The notes: generated by a model from the letters alone, not told the origin. Numbered from the stretch's first letter, positions 20,563 to 30,208 are shown. The stretch: DNA of 64,000 bases from Acetobacteraceae bacterium (GCA_030041375.1 JASHOA010000022.1:106894-170893); one strand, 5' to 3'. Translations and numbers: made by a program.

Positions 20563-20600
20563 GACCCGTGTCGGGCTGACTGTGCAGCCCGACACGGGTC
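20563..20600. terminator. Perfect 16-bp inverted repeat, possible bidirectional terminator between convergent genes
   Basis: GACCCGTGTCGGGCTG-actgtg-CAGCCCGACACGGGTC, followed on the plus strand by TCGCTCTTTATT. Confidence 0.6.
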
Positions 20601-20615
20601 TCGCTCTTTATTCGA

Positions 20616-20663
20616 GCCCGCGATTCACGCCCTCCGACGATTCCGCCTCGGGCGATCGCGGGC
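20616..20663 (-). repeat. REP-like ~48-nt palindromic element (family R2), copy X
   Basis: The minus strand reads GCCCGCGATCGCCCGAGGCGGAATCGTCGGAGGGCGTGAATCGCGGGC. It abuts the stop codon of the PQQ-ADH gene. Near-identical copies lie at 38774-38820 and 51349-51396. Confidence 0.85.
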
Positions 20664-22450
20664 TAGTTGACCCTGAGCGCGGCCGGATTGACGGCGAAGA
20701 TCCCGATTTCGTCGCCAAAGTTGAGACCCAGTTTCTTCATGAGGATGTTGTTGCCATTCGCAGCGTTGCCCCCCGCTGCGACCGCCACATACTGCCGGCC
20801 ATCAACCATGTAGGTCACTGGCGACGCCAGCACCCCGGACCCCATCTGGAAATGCCAGAGCTTTTCGCCGGTCGTCGCGTTGAAGGCGTTGAAATTGCCG
20901 TCGAACTCGCCGGCGAAGACCAGATTGCCCCCGGTGGCCATCACGCCGCCGAGCATCGGGTAGTTCGAATGATATTGCCATTCGATCTTGCCGGTGTTGA
21001 CGTTGATGCCGGAAAGCGTTCCCGAAGGCTGGATCGCGCCTGCGGTGTTCGAGGCCGTCGTGCCGACATCCGGCTCGCCGAGTTCCATCGGTCCGTCTGG
21101 GGTAATCGGCTGGAGGACGCCGCCGAGACGCACATGACCGATCACTGTCTCGTCAGTGTGCCCCTTATACTGCCAGGACTCGTTCGTGCCCTGGATGTAC
21201 ATGAGGCCGGTCTTCGGTGAATAGGCCTCAGGCGACCATTCGTTGCCGCCTTGCGCCCCCGGATAGATATTGATGTACCCGTTGAGGGGAAGCTGGGTCC
21301 ACATGTTGGCGCTCTGCATCACGAAGGGGTCGGATTTCCGGATGAGCTGGCCGGTTTCTCGGTTGACGATGTAGAGTTGCCCCACTTTGCTGGCCTCGGC
21401 GGCGGCCGGGACTTCCTGACCCTGGTCGTTCTTGACGTTGAGCAGCACGACGGGCGCCATCGCGTCATAGTCCCAGACGTCGTGCGGAACTTGCTGGTAC
21501 CACCAGGCGAGCTTGCCGGTCTTCGCGTCCACCGCAACGATCGAATCCGAATAGGCGTTGGCGCCGAGCCGGACCGAGCCGTCGTCGTCGGGATTCGGGT
21601 TGCCGGTGGCGAAGATGAGGAGCCCGCGGGCCGTGTCGACGGCCGGCGTATTCCACATCGAAGCACCGCCGGTCTTCCAGGAATCGCCGCTCCAAGTATC
21701 GCCGCCCGGCTGGTCGGGGGCGGCGGTGGTGTAGAAGCGCCAGACCTCCTTGCCGGTGTTGGCGTCGTACGCAGCCACGAAGTCCCGGGTCGGGAATTCG
21801 GCGCCGGAGGTCCCGATGAAGACCTTGCCGTCGTACACCTGCGGCGCCATGGTGATCGAGAAGGCGGCGCGCGAATCGGCCACCTGGGTGTTCCACTCGA
21901 CCTGCCCGGTGTACGCATTCAGTGCGATCAGGTGCGCGTCAAGCGTGGCCAGGAAGACCTTGCCATCGACGACCGCGACGCCGCGGCTCTCGGGACCACA
22001 GCAAAGAGTGTTGTACCCCAGATCGGCGGTGTAGGACCAAAGCTCCTTTCCGTTGGTCGCGTCGTAGGCGATCACGTGATCCCAAGGCGTCGAGATGAAC
22101 ATGATCCCGTTGTCGATGATCGGGCTCACCTCGTAGCTCCCCGTGACGCCGGTCTGGATGATCGCAACCGGGATCAGCGAGGCGGCGTTGCTGGTATTGA
22201 TCTGATCGAGCGGCGAGTAGCGCTGATTGTCGTACGTGCGTCCGTACAGCATCCAGTTGTTCGGGTTCTGGTCGGCACCAAGCAAATCCTGCCAGGTGAT
22301 ATCGACATTCACCGGGATCGGTGCGGCCACACCGCGTGGGCCGGTCGTTGCCGGGGCAGTTGCCTGCTGCCCGTATGCTACGCCGCTGCCGATGCACACC
22401 ATCAGTGCAAGCAGGCTGCTACCTGCCAGCGTTTTTGCTCTGAACATCAT
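20663..22450 (-). CDS. PQQ-dependent alcohol dehydrogenase (methanol/ethanol family), periplasmic
   Basis: 595 aa from ATGATG 22450, with GGAGAGGAGGAA upstream. Signal peptide present. Vicinal CC (NTLCCGPESRG). Repeated W-motif propeller. Active-site block QQVPHDVWDYDAM with the D-x-D arrangement. Confidence 0.9.
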   Translation of the reverse strand: MMFRAKTLAGSSLLALMVCIGSGVAYGQQATAPATTGPRGVAAPIPVNVDITWQDLLGADQNPNNWMLYGRTYDNQRYSPLDQINTSNAASLIPVAIIQTGVTGSYEVSPIIDNGIMFISTPWDHVIAYDATNGKELWSYTADLGYNTLCCGPESRGVAVVDGKVFLATLDAHLIALNAYTGQVEWNTQVADSRAAFSITMAPQVYDGKVFIGTSGAEFPTRDFVAAYDANTGKEVWRFYTTAAPDQPGGDTWSGDSWKTGGASMWNTPAVDTARGLLIFATGNPNPDDDGSVRLGANAYSDSIVAVDAKTGKLAWWYQQVPHDVWDYDAMAPVVLLNVKNDQGQEVPAAAEASKVGQLYIVNRETGQLIRKSDPFVMQSANMWTQLPLNGYINIYPGAQGGNEWSPEAYSPKTGLMYIQGTNESWQYKGHTDETVIGHVRLGGVLQPITPDGPMELGEPDVGTTASNTAGAIQPSGTLSGINVNTGKIEWQYHSNYPMLGGVMATGGNLVFAGEFDGNFNAFNATTGEKLWHFQMGSGVLASPVTYMVDGRQYVAVAAGGNAANGNNILMKKLGLNFGDEIGIFAVNPAALRVN

Positions 22451-22522
22451 CCCTGTTTCCTCCTCTCCACGTTGGCTATCGGCGAGCAAGGGCCGAAGCA
22501 CGGCCCATGCGTCGCCCCTCAG

Positions 22523-22963
22523 TCACTGTTGCGGTTCGATCTTGATCGCTTTCAGCTCCTCATCGTTGGCGGTGAGTTCATTCGGACCCGAGGCATAGCC
22601 GTTCGTTGCGAGGAAGTACGCCATCAGGTCGAGATATTGGGTCTTCGTCAGACTGCCCGGATCGGTCAGCGGCATGTGGGTGGACATGAAGTGGTAGAAG
22701 TATTCCGCGGTGATCTGCTGAAACTGCGAAACGCTCAGAAATTCTTTGCCCGCGAGGGCAGGACCGACACCGCCTTGCAGATGATGGCCGTGGCAGATCG
22801 CGCAGGTCTGGTTGAAGATGGCCCGCCCCGCTGCTGCCTGCGACTTCGTATAGTAGCCTCTTGATGGGGGGGGATTTCCTTGCGCAAACACGGCCGCCGA
22901 TGCGATCGGAAGGAGAAAACCCACGGCCAGGACGGTTACCAGTCCCTTTGCACACGACAGCAT
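22523..22963 (-). CDS. Monohaem c-type cytochrome, probable electron acceptor of the PQQ dehydrogenase
   Basis: 146 aa from ATG 22963. Signal peptide and a single CAICH haem-binding motif. It lies 72 nt upstream of the ADH gene on the same strand. Confidence 0.85.
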   Translation of the reverse strand: MLSCAKGLVTVLAVGFLLPIASAAVFAQGNPPPSRGYYTKSQAAAGRAIFNQTCAICHGHHLQGGVGPALAGKEFLSVSQFQQITAEYFYHFMSTHMPLTDPGSLTKTQYLDLMAYFLATNGYASGPNELTANDEELKAIKIEPQQ

Positions 22964-23304
22964 CCTGAGTCTCGCCGACTCCCCGTTGACGTTCCCCCGC
23001 GAAATCCAGATTTCGAAATACCTGCAAAACCAATCGAACAGGGTTTGGAAACGGGGCTGTCTCAGCAAGGCCGCCAAACCCGCGCGCCAACATTCTTTGA
23101 CGTCGTTGTGGCAACGAGTGAACCGTTACGTCACAAAGTGCAGCCTGTCAACCCGCGATTTATTCGTCGTCGGTGCGGTTGAAGAGCCATTTCTGCAGCA
23201 GGTTGGCTTGGCGGCAATCAAACACATCGATTGGCCGGTCGTGCCAAGCAGTAGGGCTGTGGACGCCCCGGAATCATGGCGCGCCCACAGTTGTTCAGCG
23301 TCGC

Positions 23305-23334
23305 CGCGCACGCCTCCCATCGGAGGCGTGCGCG
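23305..23334 (-). terminator. 13-bp perfect stem-loop 8 nt after the iorB stop (terminator-like, no U tract on this strand)
   Basis: CGCGCACGCCTCC-catc-GGAGGCGTGCGCG. The T-rich run GGTTTTGTT is on the plus-strand side only. Confidence 0.5.
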
Positions 23335-23342
23335 GGTTTTGT

Positions 23343-25664
23343 TCAGGTTGCCAGTTGGTTGCCGATCGGCAGATTCCGGATGCGCTTGCCGGTAGCGGCG
23401 AAGATCGCATTGCAGAGCGCCGGGGCGAACGGCGCAAGGGGCGGCTCGCCGACGCCGCTCGAGGGGATGTTCACATCGGCCGGCACGATGTGCACACCGA
23501 CCTTGAGCGGCGCCTCGGTGATGCGCGCCAGCAGGAAGTCGTGGAAGTTGCTCTGCTGAGCGCGCCCGTTCTTGAAGGTCATCTCCGAGTTCTTGGCAAG
23601 CGCGGTGCCCATGACTGCACCGCCTTCGCAAAGCGCGCGGATTCGTTCCGGATTGATATAGAACCCGCAATCGATGGCGGTTTCTACGCGCGGGATGCTG
23701 AGGTTGCCCTTATCGTCCACCGCAACCTCCACGGCGGTGGCGATGTAGCTCAGGAAGCAGCGATGCCCGGCCACGCCGAGACCGTGTCCCTTCGGCAGGC
23801 TGCGGCCCCAGCCGATCTGCTCGGTGGCAATTTCGACGACGCGGCTGAGCCGCCCGGTCTCGATCGGCCACGTCTCGACCGGATCTCCATAGTTCCAGAA
23901 GTCCTTGACACCGCGGAAGGTGCGCGGGTCGAGGGTGCGCGCCGGCCCGATCATCTCGAGCAGCATGTCGCGCTGATCGCGCCCGAGCGCGGCGGCGATC
24001 TCCCCCACCATCGACTGGATCGCGAAGGCGTGCGGGATGTTCGAGACGACACGGAACCACCCGATGCGGACATGCGCCTTGGCGGCCGGGTTCTCGCAGC
24101 GCAGGTTCGGGATATCGAACGGATTGTCGACAACTCCCATGCCGAGCTCGATCGGCGACTGGTGATCGTAGTCGTTCTTGAACGTGCTCATCAGGCTTGG
24201 CGCGCAGGTGCGATGTCGCCAGGCGATGACCTTGCCGTCCTTGTCTACACCGGCATCGATGCGCTCCACCGAGACGGTGTGGTAAGTGTCGTGCTGGAGG
24301 TCGTCCTCACGCGTCCAGACGACCTTGATCGGCTGGCCGGTCGCCTTGGAGAGCAAGGCCGCTTCGATCACATAATCATAGCAGGACTTGCGTCCGAACG
24401 CACCGCCCATCAGCAACGGATAGATCGTGACGTCTTCGCGGGGGATGCCGAGCGTCTTGGCGACGTCGGCCTGGCAGTCACCGGGCCATTGGCACGAGAC
24501 GTAGGCGACGCACTTGCCGTCGGCGACATGCGCGGTGGCGGTCGGCGGCTCCATGCTGGCATGCGCCAGATGCGGCAGGTAGTAGGTTGCCGAGATGACC
24601 TTGGCGGCGGATTTGAGCGCCCCCTCGGCATCGCCGTCATCGCGCACGACGAGGCCGGGCTTGGTGACGCTTTCTTCCATCTGAGCCCTGTAGGCGACGG
24701 AATCGTAGGAGGCGTTCGGCCCGTCATCCCAGACCACCTTGAGCTTGTCGCGTCCCTTGATCGCCGAGCCGGTATTGCGGGCGATCACCGCGACGCCGCC
24801 GAGCTGCTGGAATGCCAGGGGGAAAGGCGGGGTCTCGAGGACGACGACCTTCTCCACGCCCGGCACCTTGAGGGTTTCGCTGGCGTCGTAGGAGACGACC
24901 TTGCCGCCGACCACCGGCGGGTGGGCGATGACGGCGAATTTCATGCCGGGCATTTTGGCGTCGAGCCCGTAGGTCGCCTTGCCCATTGTGATGTCGCGCA
25001 GATCGACGATCTGGATCGCGCCGGTACCGATATAGCGGAAATCACGCGGATCCTTGTAACGAAGCGCTTCGACGGGCGGCACCGGCAGCGCGCTCGCGGC
25101 CTTGGCGAGTGCGCCATAGCCCACGACTTCGCTGGTGACGAGGTTCACCACCTCGTGGTTCTGGGCACGCACGGAGGTAACATCGATCTCCCAGCGTGCG
25201 GCGGCGGCCTGTTCGAGCATCATGCGCATCGCGGCGCCACACTGGCGCATCGGCCAGAAGAAGTGGCGCACGCTGCGCGAGCCGTCGGTGTCCTGGTTGC
25301 CGTATTTGATGTTGTCCCCGGGAGCCTGCTCGACGCGCACCCGCGACCAGTCGGCCTCCATCTCGTCGGCAACGACCATCGGCAGGCTGGTGCGAATACC
25401 GGTGCCCATCTCGGTGCGGCTGGCGAGGATCGTGACGATCCCCGAGGGATCGATGGCGATGAAGACATGCGGGTTATTGACCGTGCCGCCGGTCATCAGG
25501 TCGGCACCGGTCTTCCAGGCGGAGGCGGCCCGCGCGGGGGCGGGAAGGAAGCTGGTTCCGATCACCAGCGTGCCTGCCGCGGCGAGGCCCTTCAGCACGA
25601 AGCGCCGGCTCAGGTTCACGACCGTACCCGGCTGGATCAGAGCGGATTCGAACATGTGGGTCAT
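23343..25664 (-). CDS. iorB: Molybdopterin-binding large subunit of an IorB / aldehyde-oxidase type oxidoreductase (xanthine dehydrogenase family)
   Basis: 773 aa. Tat-type signal (NLSRRFVLKGLAAAGTLVIG). GTGIRTSLPMVVADE and EPPxAPxxPA C-terminal blocks typical of isoquinoline 1-oxidoreductase beta / membrane aldehyde dehydrogenase large subunits. Confidence 0.88.
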   Translation of the reverse strand: MTHMFESALIQPGTVVNLSRRFVLKGLAAAGTLVIGTSFLPAPARAASAWKTGADLMTGGTVNNPHVFIAIDPSGIVTILASRTEMGTGIRTSLPMVVADEMEADWSRVRVEQAPGDNIKYGNQDTDGSRSVRHFFWPMRQCGAAMRMMLEQAAAARWEIDVTSVRAQNHEVVNLVTSEVVGYGALAKAASALPVPPVEALRYKDPRDFRYIGTGAIQIVDLRDITMGKATYGLDAKMPGMKFAVIAHPPVVGGKVVSYDASETLKVPGVEKVVVLETPPFPLAFQQLGGVAVIARNTGSAIKGRDKLKVVWDDGPNASYDSVAYRAQMEESVTKPGLVVRDDGDAEGALKSAAKVISATYYLPHLAHASMEPPTATAHVADGKCVAYVSCQWPGDCQADVAKTLGIPREDVTIYPLLMGGAFGRKSCYDYVIEAALLSKATGQPIKVVWTREDDLQHDTYHTVSVERIDAGVDKDGKVIAWRHRTCAPSLMSTFKNDYDHQSPIELGMGVVDNPFDIPNLRCENPAAKAHVRIGWFRVVSNIPHAFAIQSMVGEIAAALGRDQRDMLLEMIGPARTLDPRTFRGVKDFWNYGDPVETWPIETGRLSRVVEIATEQIGWGRSLPKGHGLGVAGHRCFLSYIATAVEVAVDDKGNLSIPRVETAIDCGFYINPERIRALCEGGAVMGTALAKNSEMTFKNGRAQQSNFHDFLLARITEAPLKVGVHIVPADVNIPSSGVGEPPLAPFAPALCNAIFAATGKRIRNLPIGNQLAT

Positions 25665-25667
25665 GGC

Positions 25668-26126
25668 TCAGACTCCCGCCGAGGCAAGGATGATGGCTTC
25701 GTTGATTCGCTGGTAGCAGCCGCAGCGGCAGATGTTGCCGTTCTGGGCCGCGAGGATCTCTTCCTGGCTCGGTTTCGGTGTCTTCGCCAGAAGAGCGGCC
25801 GCGTTCATGATCTGCCCGGCGTGACAGTAGCCGCACTGCGGCGCGCCGGTCTCCCGCCAAGCGACCTGCACCGGGTGATTGCCGTTGCCGCTGGGGTCGA
25901 GCCCCTCGATCGTCACCACCTCCTTCCCGCTCGCCTGCTCGGCCGTCAGAAGGCAGGAGCGAGCGGCGGCGCCGTCGATATGCACCGTGCAGGCGCCGCA
26001 CAGCCCGATCCCGCAGCCAAACTTGGTGCCGGTGAGTCCAAGCTCATCCCTGAGCACCCAGAGTAGTGGTACTGAGGGGTCTCCGTCGTAGCTGAAGTCC
26101 TGTCCGTTGACGTGGAGCGTGACCAT
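25668..26126 (-). CDS. iorA: (2Fe-2S)-binding small subunit of the same oxidoreductase
   Basis: 152 aa. [11 protein letters not shown] and CGYCHAG..CRCGCY cluster motifs. Its stop lies 3 nt before the iorB start. Confidence 0.92.
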   Translation of the reverse strand: MVTLHVNGQDFSYDGDPSVPLLWVLRDELGLTGTKFGCGIGLCGACTVHIDGAAARSCLLTAEQASGKEVVTIEGLDPSGNGNHPVQVAWRETGAPQCGYCHAGQIMNAAALLAKTPKPSQEEILAAQNGNICRCGCYQRINEAIILASAGV

Positions 26127-26496
26127 GGTTTCCTCCGAGCGAAAGGCTTAAGCGACTGGAGCGAAGCCAGCCGCTCGATGACACAAACCCTCCCCCCGCG
26201 CTTCGCTTGGCCGGAATAGTGCGCGGGGTGACGGCGAAGGTCGCGGTTTTGTCGCGAAGGTTGAGGCGGGGAATCCGAGAAACGGATGTTGCTTCCGCAG
26301 GGCGTACTCCCTTCCGCCGCGACCGTACCAAGCGACCGGCCGTCTCTTTCATCACGTCATATTGTTACGGCACGCAGCGCGACAGGTCAACCAGCAGATG
26401 GCGGAGGCCGGTTCCGGAACCATGGTCTTGCGGCACGCCGGCACGCCGGCGCGAGAGTGGAACGAAGGCGAGTGGGCTCGCTCGAAGGTCAATCAC

Positions 26497-27120
26497 TCAG
26501 GTGCGGGGCTTTGCTGCCACGAGATCGATGAGGGCGGACAGTCCGTCGTGGCCGCTACCCTCGTGGATCACCGAGTCGTGCGATTGCAAGCGGAGGATAG
26601 TGAGGTCGGTAAAGGCCTCCCGCAGAAGCGATTCGGTATAAAGATTCTCGGGCGCGGAGGGACCGCCGGTTCCGTAGGCGATCTGCTCCGGACGGTAGCC
26701 CTGGAGCAGGAGCAGCCCGCCCGGCTTCAGGGCTTTTCCCATCCGCTCGAAGATGAGGGCGCGCTCAGGCGGGTCGAAGACCTGCATGAAGACGCCGACC
26801 AGGAGATCGAATTTTTCCAGCGGCCAGTCCCAGTGATTGAGATCGGCGAGGATCGTCTTGATGGCGACACCGAAGCGGGCGGCGAGCCGTTTGGCTTTCG
26901 CAATGCCGACGGGGGAAAAATCGACGCTCGTCACCGAGAGGCCCTGGAGGGCGAGCCAGACACCGTTACGCCCTTCGCCGTCGGCGAGCACGAGCGCGTT
27001 CCAGCCGGGGCGGAGGTGCTTCGTTTCGGCGAGGAGGAAGGCGTTCGGCGCCGTGCCAAAAAGATATTCTTCCGAGTTGTAACGTGCATTCCAGCGGGCG
27101 AGGTGAGGATCTTCGCTCAT
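26497..27120 (-). CDS. Class I SAM-dependent methyltransferase
   Basis: 207 aa. Motif I is VLADGEGRNGVWLA, and the post-I acidic residue is VTSVDFS. The start overlaps the rppH stop (ATGA). Confidence 0.75.
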   Translation of the reverse strand: MSEDPHLARWNARYNSEEYLFGTAPNAFLLAETKHLRPGWNALVLADGEGRNGVWLALQGLSVTSVDFSPVGIAKAKRLAARFGVAIKTILADLNHWDWPLEKFDLLVGVFMQVFDPPERALIFERMGKALKPGGLLLLQGYRPEQIAYGTGGPSAPENLYTESLLREAFTDLTILRLQSHDSVIHEGSGHDGLSALIDLVAAKPRT

Positions 27121-27629
27121 GCACCGGGCTCGGAGACGGCGAAACGGGCGAAGGAGCTGACGAGGGTTTCGTAGATCGGCCGTTTGAAGCCGACGGCGAG
27201 GGCGGGAAGCTCCGGGAGGGGGGTCCAGCGCCAGGCGTCGAACTCGGGATGCGGGTCGCGGTCGAGCCGGATGTCGCGATCAACGCCCAGGAAGCGAAGC
27301 GCGAACCAGCGTTGGCGCTGACCGCGATAGTGCCCGCCGAGTGCGATGCCAACCAGTTCGGGCGGCAGGTCGTAGGTGAGCCAATCCGGGTGCTCTCCGA
27401 CGACGCGGAAGCGATCGGTGCCGATCTCCTCGGCGAGTTCGCGCAGCACGGCGACGCGTGGCTCTTCGTTCCCATCAATCCCGCCCTGCGGGAGCTGCCA
27501 GCCGCCGGGGGCGCCCTCGGCGTTGGGCAGATCGGCGCGGCGGGCGACGAAGACGAGCCCGGCACGGTTGAACAACACGGCGCCCACATTCGGGCGCAAG
27601 GGCAGCGATTCGGATCCGGGACGGCTCAT
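27117..27629 (-). CDS. rppH: RNA pyrophosphohydrolase (Nudix)
   Basis: 170 aa from ATG 27629. Nudix box GGIDGNEEPRVAVLRELAEEIG, and the QRQRWFALRF block typical of RppH. Confidence 0.88.
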   Translation of the reverse strand: MSRPGSESLPLRPNVGAVLFNRAGLVFVARRADLPNAEGAPGGWQLPQGGIDGNEEPRVAVLRELAEEIGTDRFRVVGEHPDWLTYDLPPELVGIALGGHYRGQRQRWFALRFLGVDRDIRLDRDPHPEFDAWRWTPLPELPALAVGFKRPIYETLVSSFARFAVSEPGA

Positions 27630-27630
27630 T

Positions 27631-28692
27631 TCATGGCTTGGCGGGTCTGGCGGGTGGAGCGGAATGATGAATGAGCACCGTGATCGGGGCGAGCACCAAG
27701 CCGGCATCGGGCAGCGTTTCGGCCCAGTCGGTAATGAGTTCGACCGTGCGTGGACCAGGCCAGCCGACGAGGCCGACGGCGCTTCGATGCGCCCGGGCGA
27801 TGGCTTCGAGCTTCCGGAGGTTGGCCTTGATCGTCGGCTCGATGGGTGGCTGGTCGATGATGATGTCAACCGTCCTGCCGCTGGCGAGGGCGGGATCGGG
27901 CTTGCCGGGACGCGGGTCGATATAGAGCAGACCGCGCGCGGCAAGCCGGCGCTCGAGGGTGGCGAGCAGGTCGGGTGCGGCGGCGAAGCGTTCACCGTAG
28001 AGGCCGTCCATGGCGCCGGTTGCGCCGACATAGCCCTCGATCCGCGACAGTGCCCAGTCGAGGTGGCGAAGGTTCTTCCCCGGTGGGGCGCCGACCAGGA
28101 GTGACTCATCACCGGCATCGTTGAGGGGAAAACCCTCCGGTTCGAGCGGCAGGGAGATGAGGAATTCGTGCCCCTTGCTGCGGGCGAGGCTGAGCAAGTC
28201 GGACGGGTCGGGGGTATAGGGAGAGAAGGCGAGAGCGACGGCACCGGGCAGGTTTTCGATGGCGGTCTGGCTCTCCTCGGTGGAGAGCCCGATACCGGCG
28301 ATCAGGAGCCCGATGCGGGGTCGCGGATCGGACTGGTTGAAGCTGCCGGCGTAGGCCACCATGGGGGTGAGCCCGTCCGCGCCGACGCGCGGCAGGAGGG
28401 CCTTGGGGTCCTCAGGGGAGGGTTCCAGCAGGGCAGGGTTGGGAGGCGCGATCGAGCGGCTCGGCTGCGGCGGGATCGGACGCGGAGGCGGCGCTGGAGT
28501 GGTGGGGGTGGCGGCAGCCTCGGCGACTTCGGCGGCGGCGTGCAGGATTGGCTTTTTGGCTGGGGTTGGCGGCGGACCAAGCCATTGCAGTACGGCCGCG
28601 CCGCCACCGAGCACGATCACAAGCGCGGTCCAGAAACGCGCGAGCGCGCGGGCGGCAGCGGAAGGTGCTGCCGCCGCGCCCCGATGCGCCAC
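27631..28692 (-). CDS. Divergent polysaccharide deacetylase family protein (YibQ-like)
   Basis: 353 aa. N-terminal TM helix, Pro-rich linker, then IGLLIAGIG..LPGAVALAFSPY..GHEFLISLPLEP typical of the YibQ/DUF610 family. Confidence 0.8.
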   Translation of the reverse strand: MAHRGAAAAPSAAARALARFWTALVIVLGGGAAVLQWLGPPPTPAKKPILHAAAEVAEAAATPTTPAPPPRPIPPQPSRSIAPPNPALLEPSPEDPKALLPRVGADGLTPMVAYAGSFNQSDPRPRIGLLIAGIGLSTEESQTAIENLPGAVALAFSPYTPDPSDLLSLARSKGHEFLISLPLEPEGFPLNDAGDESLLVGAPPGKNLRHLDWALSRIEGYVGATGAMDGLYGERFAAAPDLLATLERRLAARGLLYIDPRPGKPDPALASGRTVDIIIDQPPIEPTIKANLRKLEAIARAHRSAVGLVGWPGPRTVELITDWAETLPDAGLVLAPITVLIHHSAPPARPAKP

Positions 28693-28694
28693 GC

Positions 28695-30104
28695 TCAGCG
28701 GGTCGTTGCGGTGTTCTGCGCCGCCATTGCCTGCGCCACCTTCAGCGCCTGCTGCAACTGGAAATCGGTGGCGGGGTTGGCGGGATCGAAGGCGGGCCAG
28801 CCGACCGGCGGCTTGGCCGGAATTTCCTTCACGACCGGCGGCAGATCGGTGCGCGCCGGCGGCGGCGAGCTGGTCGGAACGCCGCCGGTATTGGAGAGCG
28901 TATTGTTGAGGTCGGTCTCGTGCGCCGGCCCGAATTGCGGTTCCTCGGTACGGGTTCCGGCGACCTTGACGTCAGGAATGATGCCGAGACCCTGGATCGA
29001 GCGCCCGGACGGCGTGTAGTAGCGGGCCGTCGTGAGGCGGATCGCACCGTTGTCGCCGGGCAGGGGAATCACGGTCTGCACCGAGCCTTTGCCGAAGGTC
29101 CGCTCGCCGACAATGATCGCGCGGCGATTGTCCTGCAACGCGCCGGAGACGATCTCGGCGGCGGAGGCGGTGCCATCATTGACGAGCACGACGAGCGGCG
29201 CGTTGCCGATCGTGTCGTTGCCGGCGGAGGCATCCCAGCGCTGGTCGTCGGAAGCGTGGCGGCCGCGTGTGGAGACGATCTCGCCCTCAGGCATGAAATC
29301 GTTGGCCACCGCTACGGCCTGGTCGAGCAGCCCGCCCGGGTTGTTGCGCAGATCGAGAATGTAGCCCTTGATCGCACCGTGCGATTGCTGTCTCAGGTTG
29401 GCGATCGCCTTGCGGATTCCGGCACTTGCCGTCTCGTCGAATTCCGCAAGACGGATATAGGCGATATTGCCGAACAGCTGTTGATGCACGATCTGGATGT
29501 GCACGACCTCGCGCGTCAGTTTGACCTCGATCGGCGTGTCGACGCCTTCGCGCTTGATGGTGAGGGTGATCGTGCTGCCCGGCGGGCCGCGCATACGGTT
29601 GACAGCAGTGTTGAGCGAGAGGCCCTGAACGGTCTTGCCGTCGAGGGCGACGATCAGGTCGCCCGACTTGATGCCGGCCTTGGCCGCCGGCGTGCCGTCG
29701 ATCGGCGTGACCACCTTGATGAAACCCTGCGCGTCCTCGGTCACCTCGAGGCCAAGACCGCCGAACTGACCGTTAGTCTGGACCTGCATGTCCTTGTACT
29801 GGGACGGGTCCATATAGTCGCTATGCGGATCGAGCCCGCTCAGCATGCCATTGAGGGCATTGTAGATCAGCGTCTTCGAGGTGACCGGGTCGACGTAATC
29901 GGCGCGGACGCGCTCGAACACGTCGCCGAAGAGGCTGAGCAGGCGATAGGTATCGCCCTGATCGGAGGTGTCCTCGTTCTGGGCGAGGGCGGAGGGAATA
30001 CCGAGGCCCGGACCGAGAACATGAGTGAGGAATCCTGCTGCCGGCAGCGCCGCCAGCCCCGCCGCGAACGCGCCACTCAAGAGCAAACCGTTGCGAAACT
30101 TCAT
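28695..30104 (-). CDS. ctpA: S41 carboxy-terminal processing peptidase
   Basis: 469 aa from ATG 30104, with GGAAGGA upstream. PDZ domain (GLGLEV..IKSGDLIVALDG). Catalytic blocks LDLRNNPGGLL and GERTFGKGSVQT. Confidence 0.9.
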   Translation of the reverse strand: MKFRNGLLLSGAFAAGLAALPAAGFLTHVLGPGLGIPSALAQNEDTSDQGDTYRLLSLFGDVFERVRADYVDPVTSKTLIYNALNGMLSGLDPHSDYMDPSQYKDMQVQTNGQFGGLGLEVTEDAQGFIKVVTPIDGTPAAKAGIKSGDLIVALDGKTVQGLSLNTAVNRMRGPPGSTITLTIKREGVDTPIEVKLTREVVHIQIVHQQLFGNIAYIRLAEFDETASAGIRKAIANLRQQSHGAIKGYILDLRNNPGGLLDQAVAVANDFMPEGEIVSTRGRHASDDQRWDASAGNDTIGNAPLVVLVNDGTASAAEIVSGALQDNRRAIIVGERTFGKGSVQTVIPLPGDNGAIRLTTARYYTPSGRSIQGLGIIPDVKVAGTRTEEPQFGPAHETDLNNTLSNTGGVPTSSPPPARTDLPPVVKEIPAKPPVGWPAFDPANPATDFQLQQALKVAQAMAAQNTATTR

Positions 30105-30208
30105 TATTCCAATCCTTCCCTGGCGCCGTTCGCCAGCCGGGCGCCTTGATTCGCGGCCGCAGCGTCGGATCGGGCGGACCATAACATAGAGCGCGATTGC
30201 CGCGCCTC

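Noticed and set aside
22986-26066. 1026-aa plus-strand ORF, the longest in the track
   Set aside because: It lies entirely antisense to iorB and iorA, which have clear cofactor motifs, and it shows no domain signature. The same reasoning applies to 8029-10242 (antisense to hpnN), 54690-56834, 52115-54172, 28548-30149, 39985-41667 and 40083-42242.
26127-26496. Possible riboswitch (for example the Moco RNA motif) in the 370-bp leader of iorA
   Set aside because: I could not recognise any conserved riboswitch core. Only the SD (GGAGGA) and a short hairpin shared with the iorA' remnant leader were seen. This needs cmscan before any claim.
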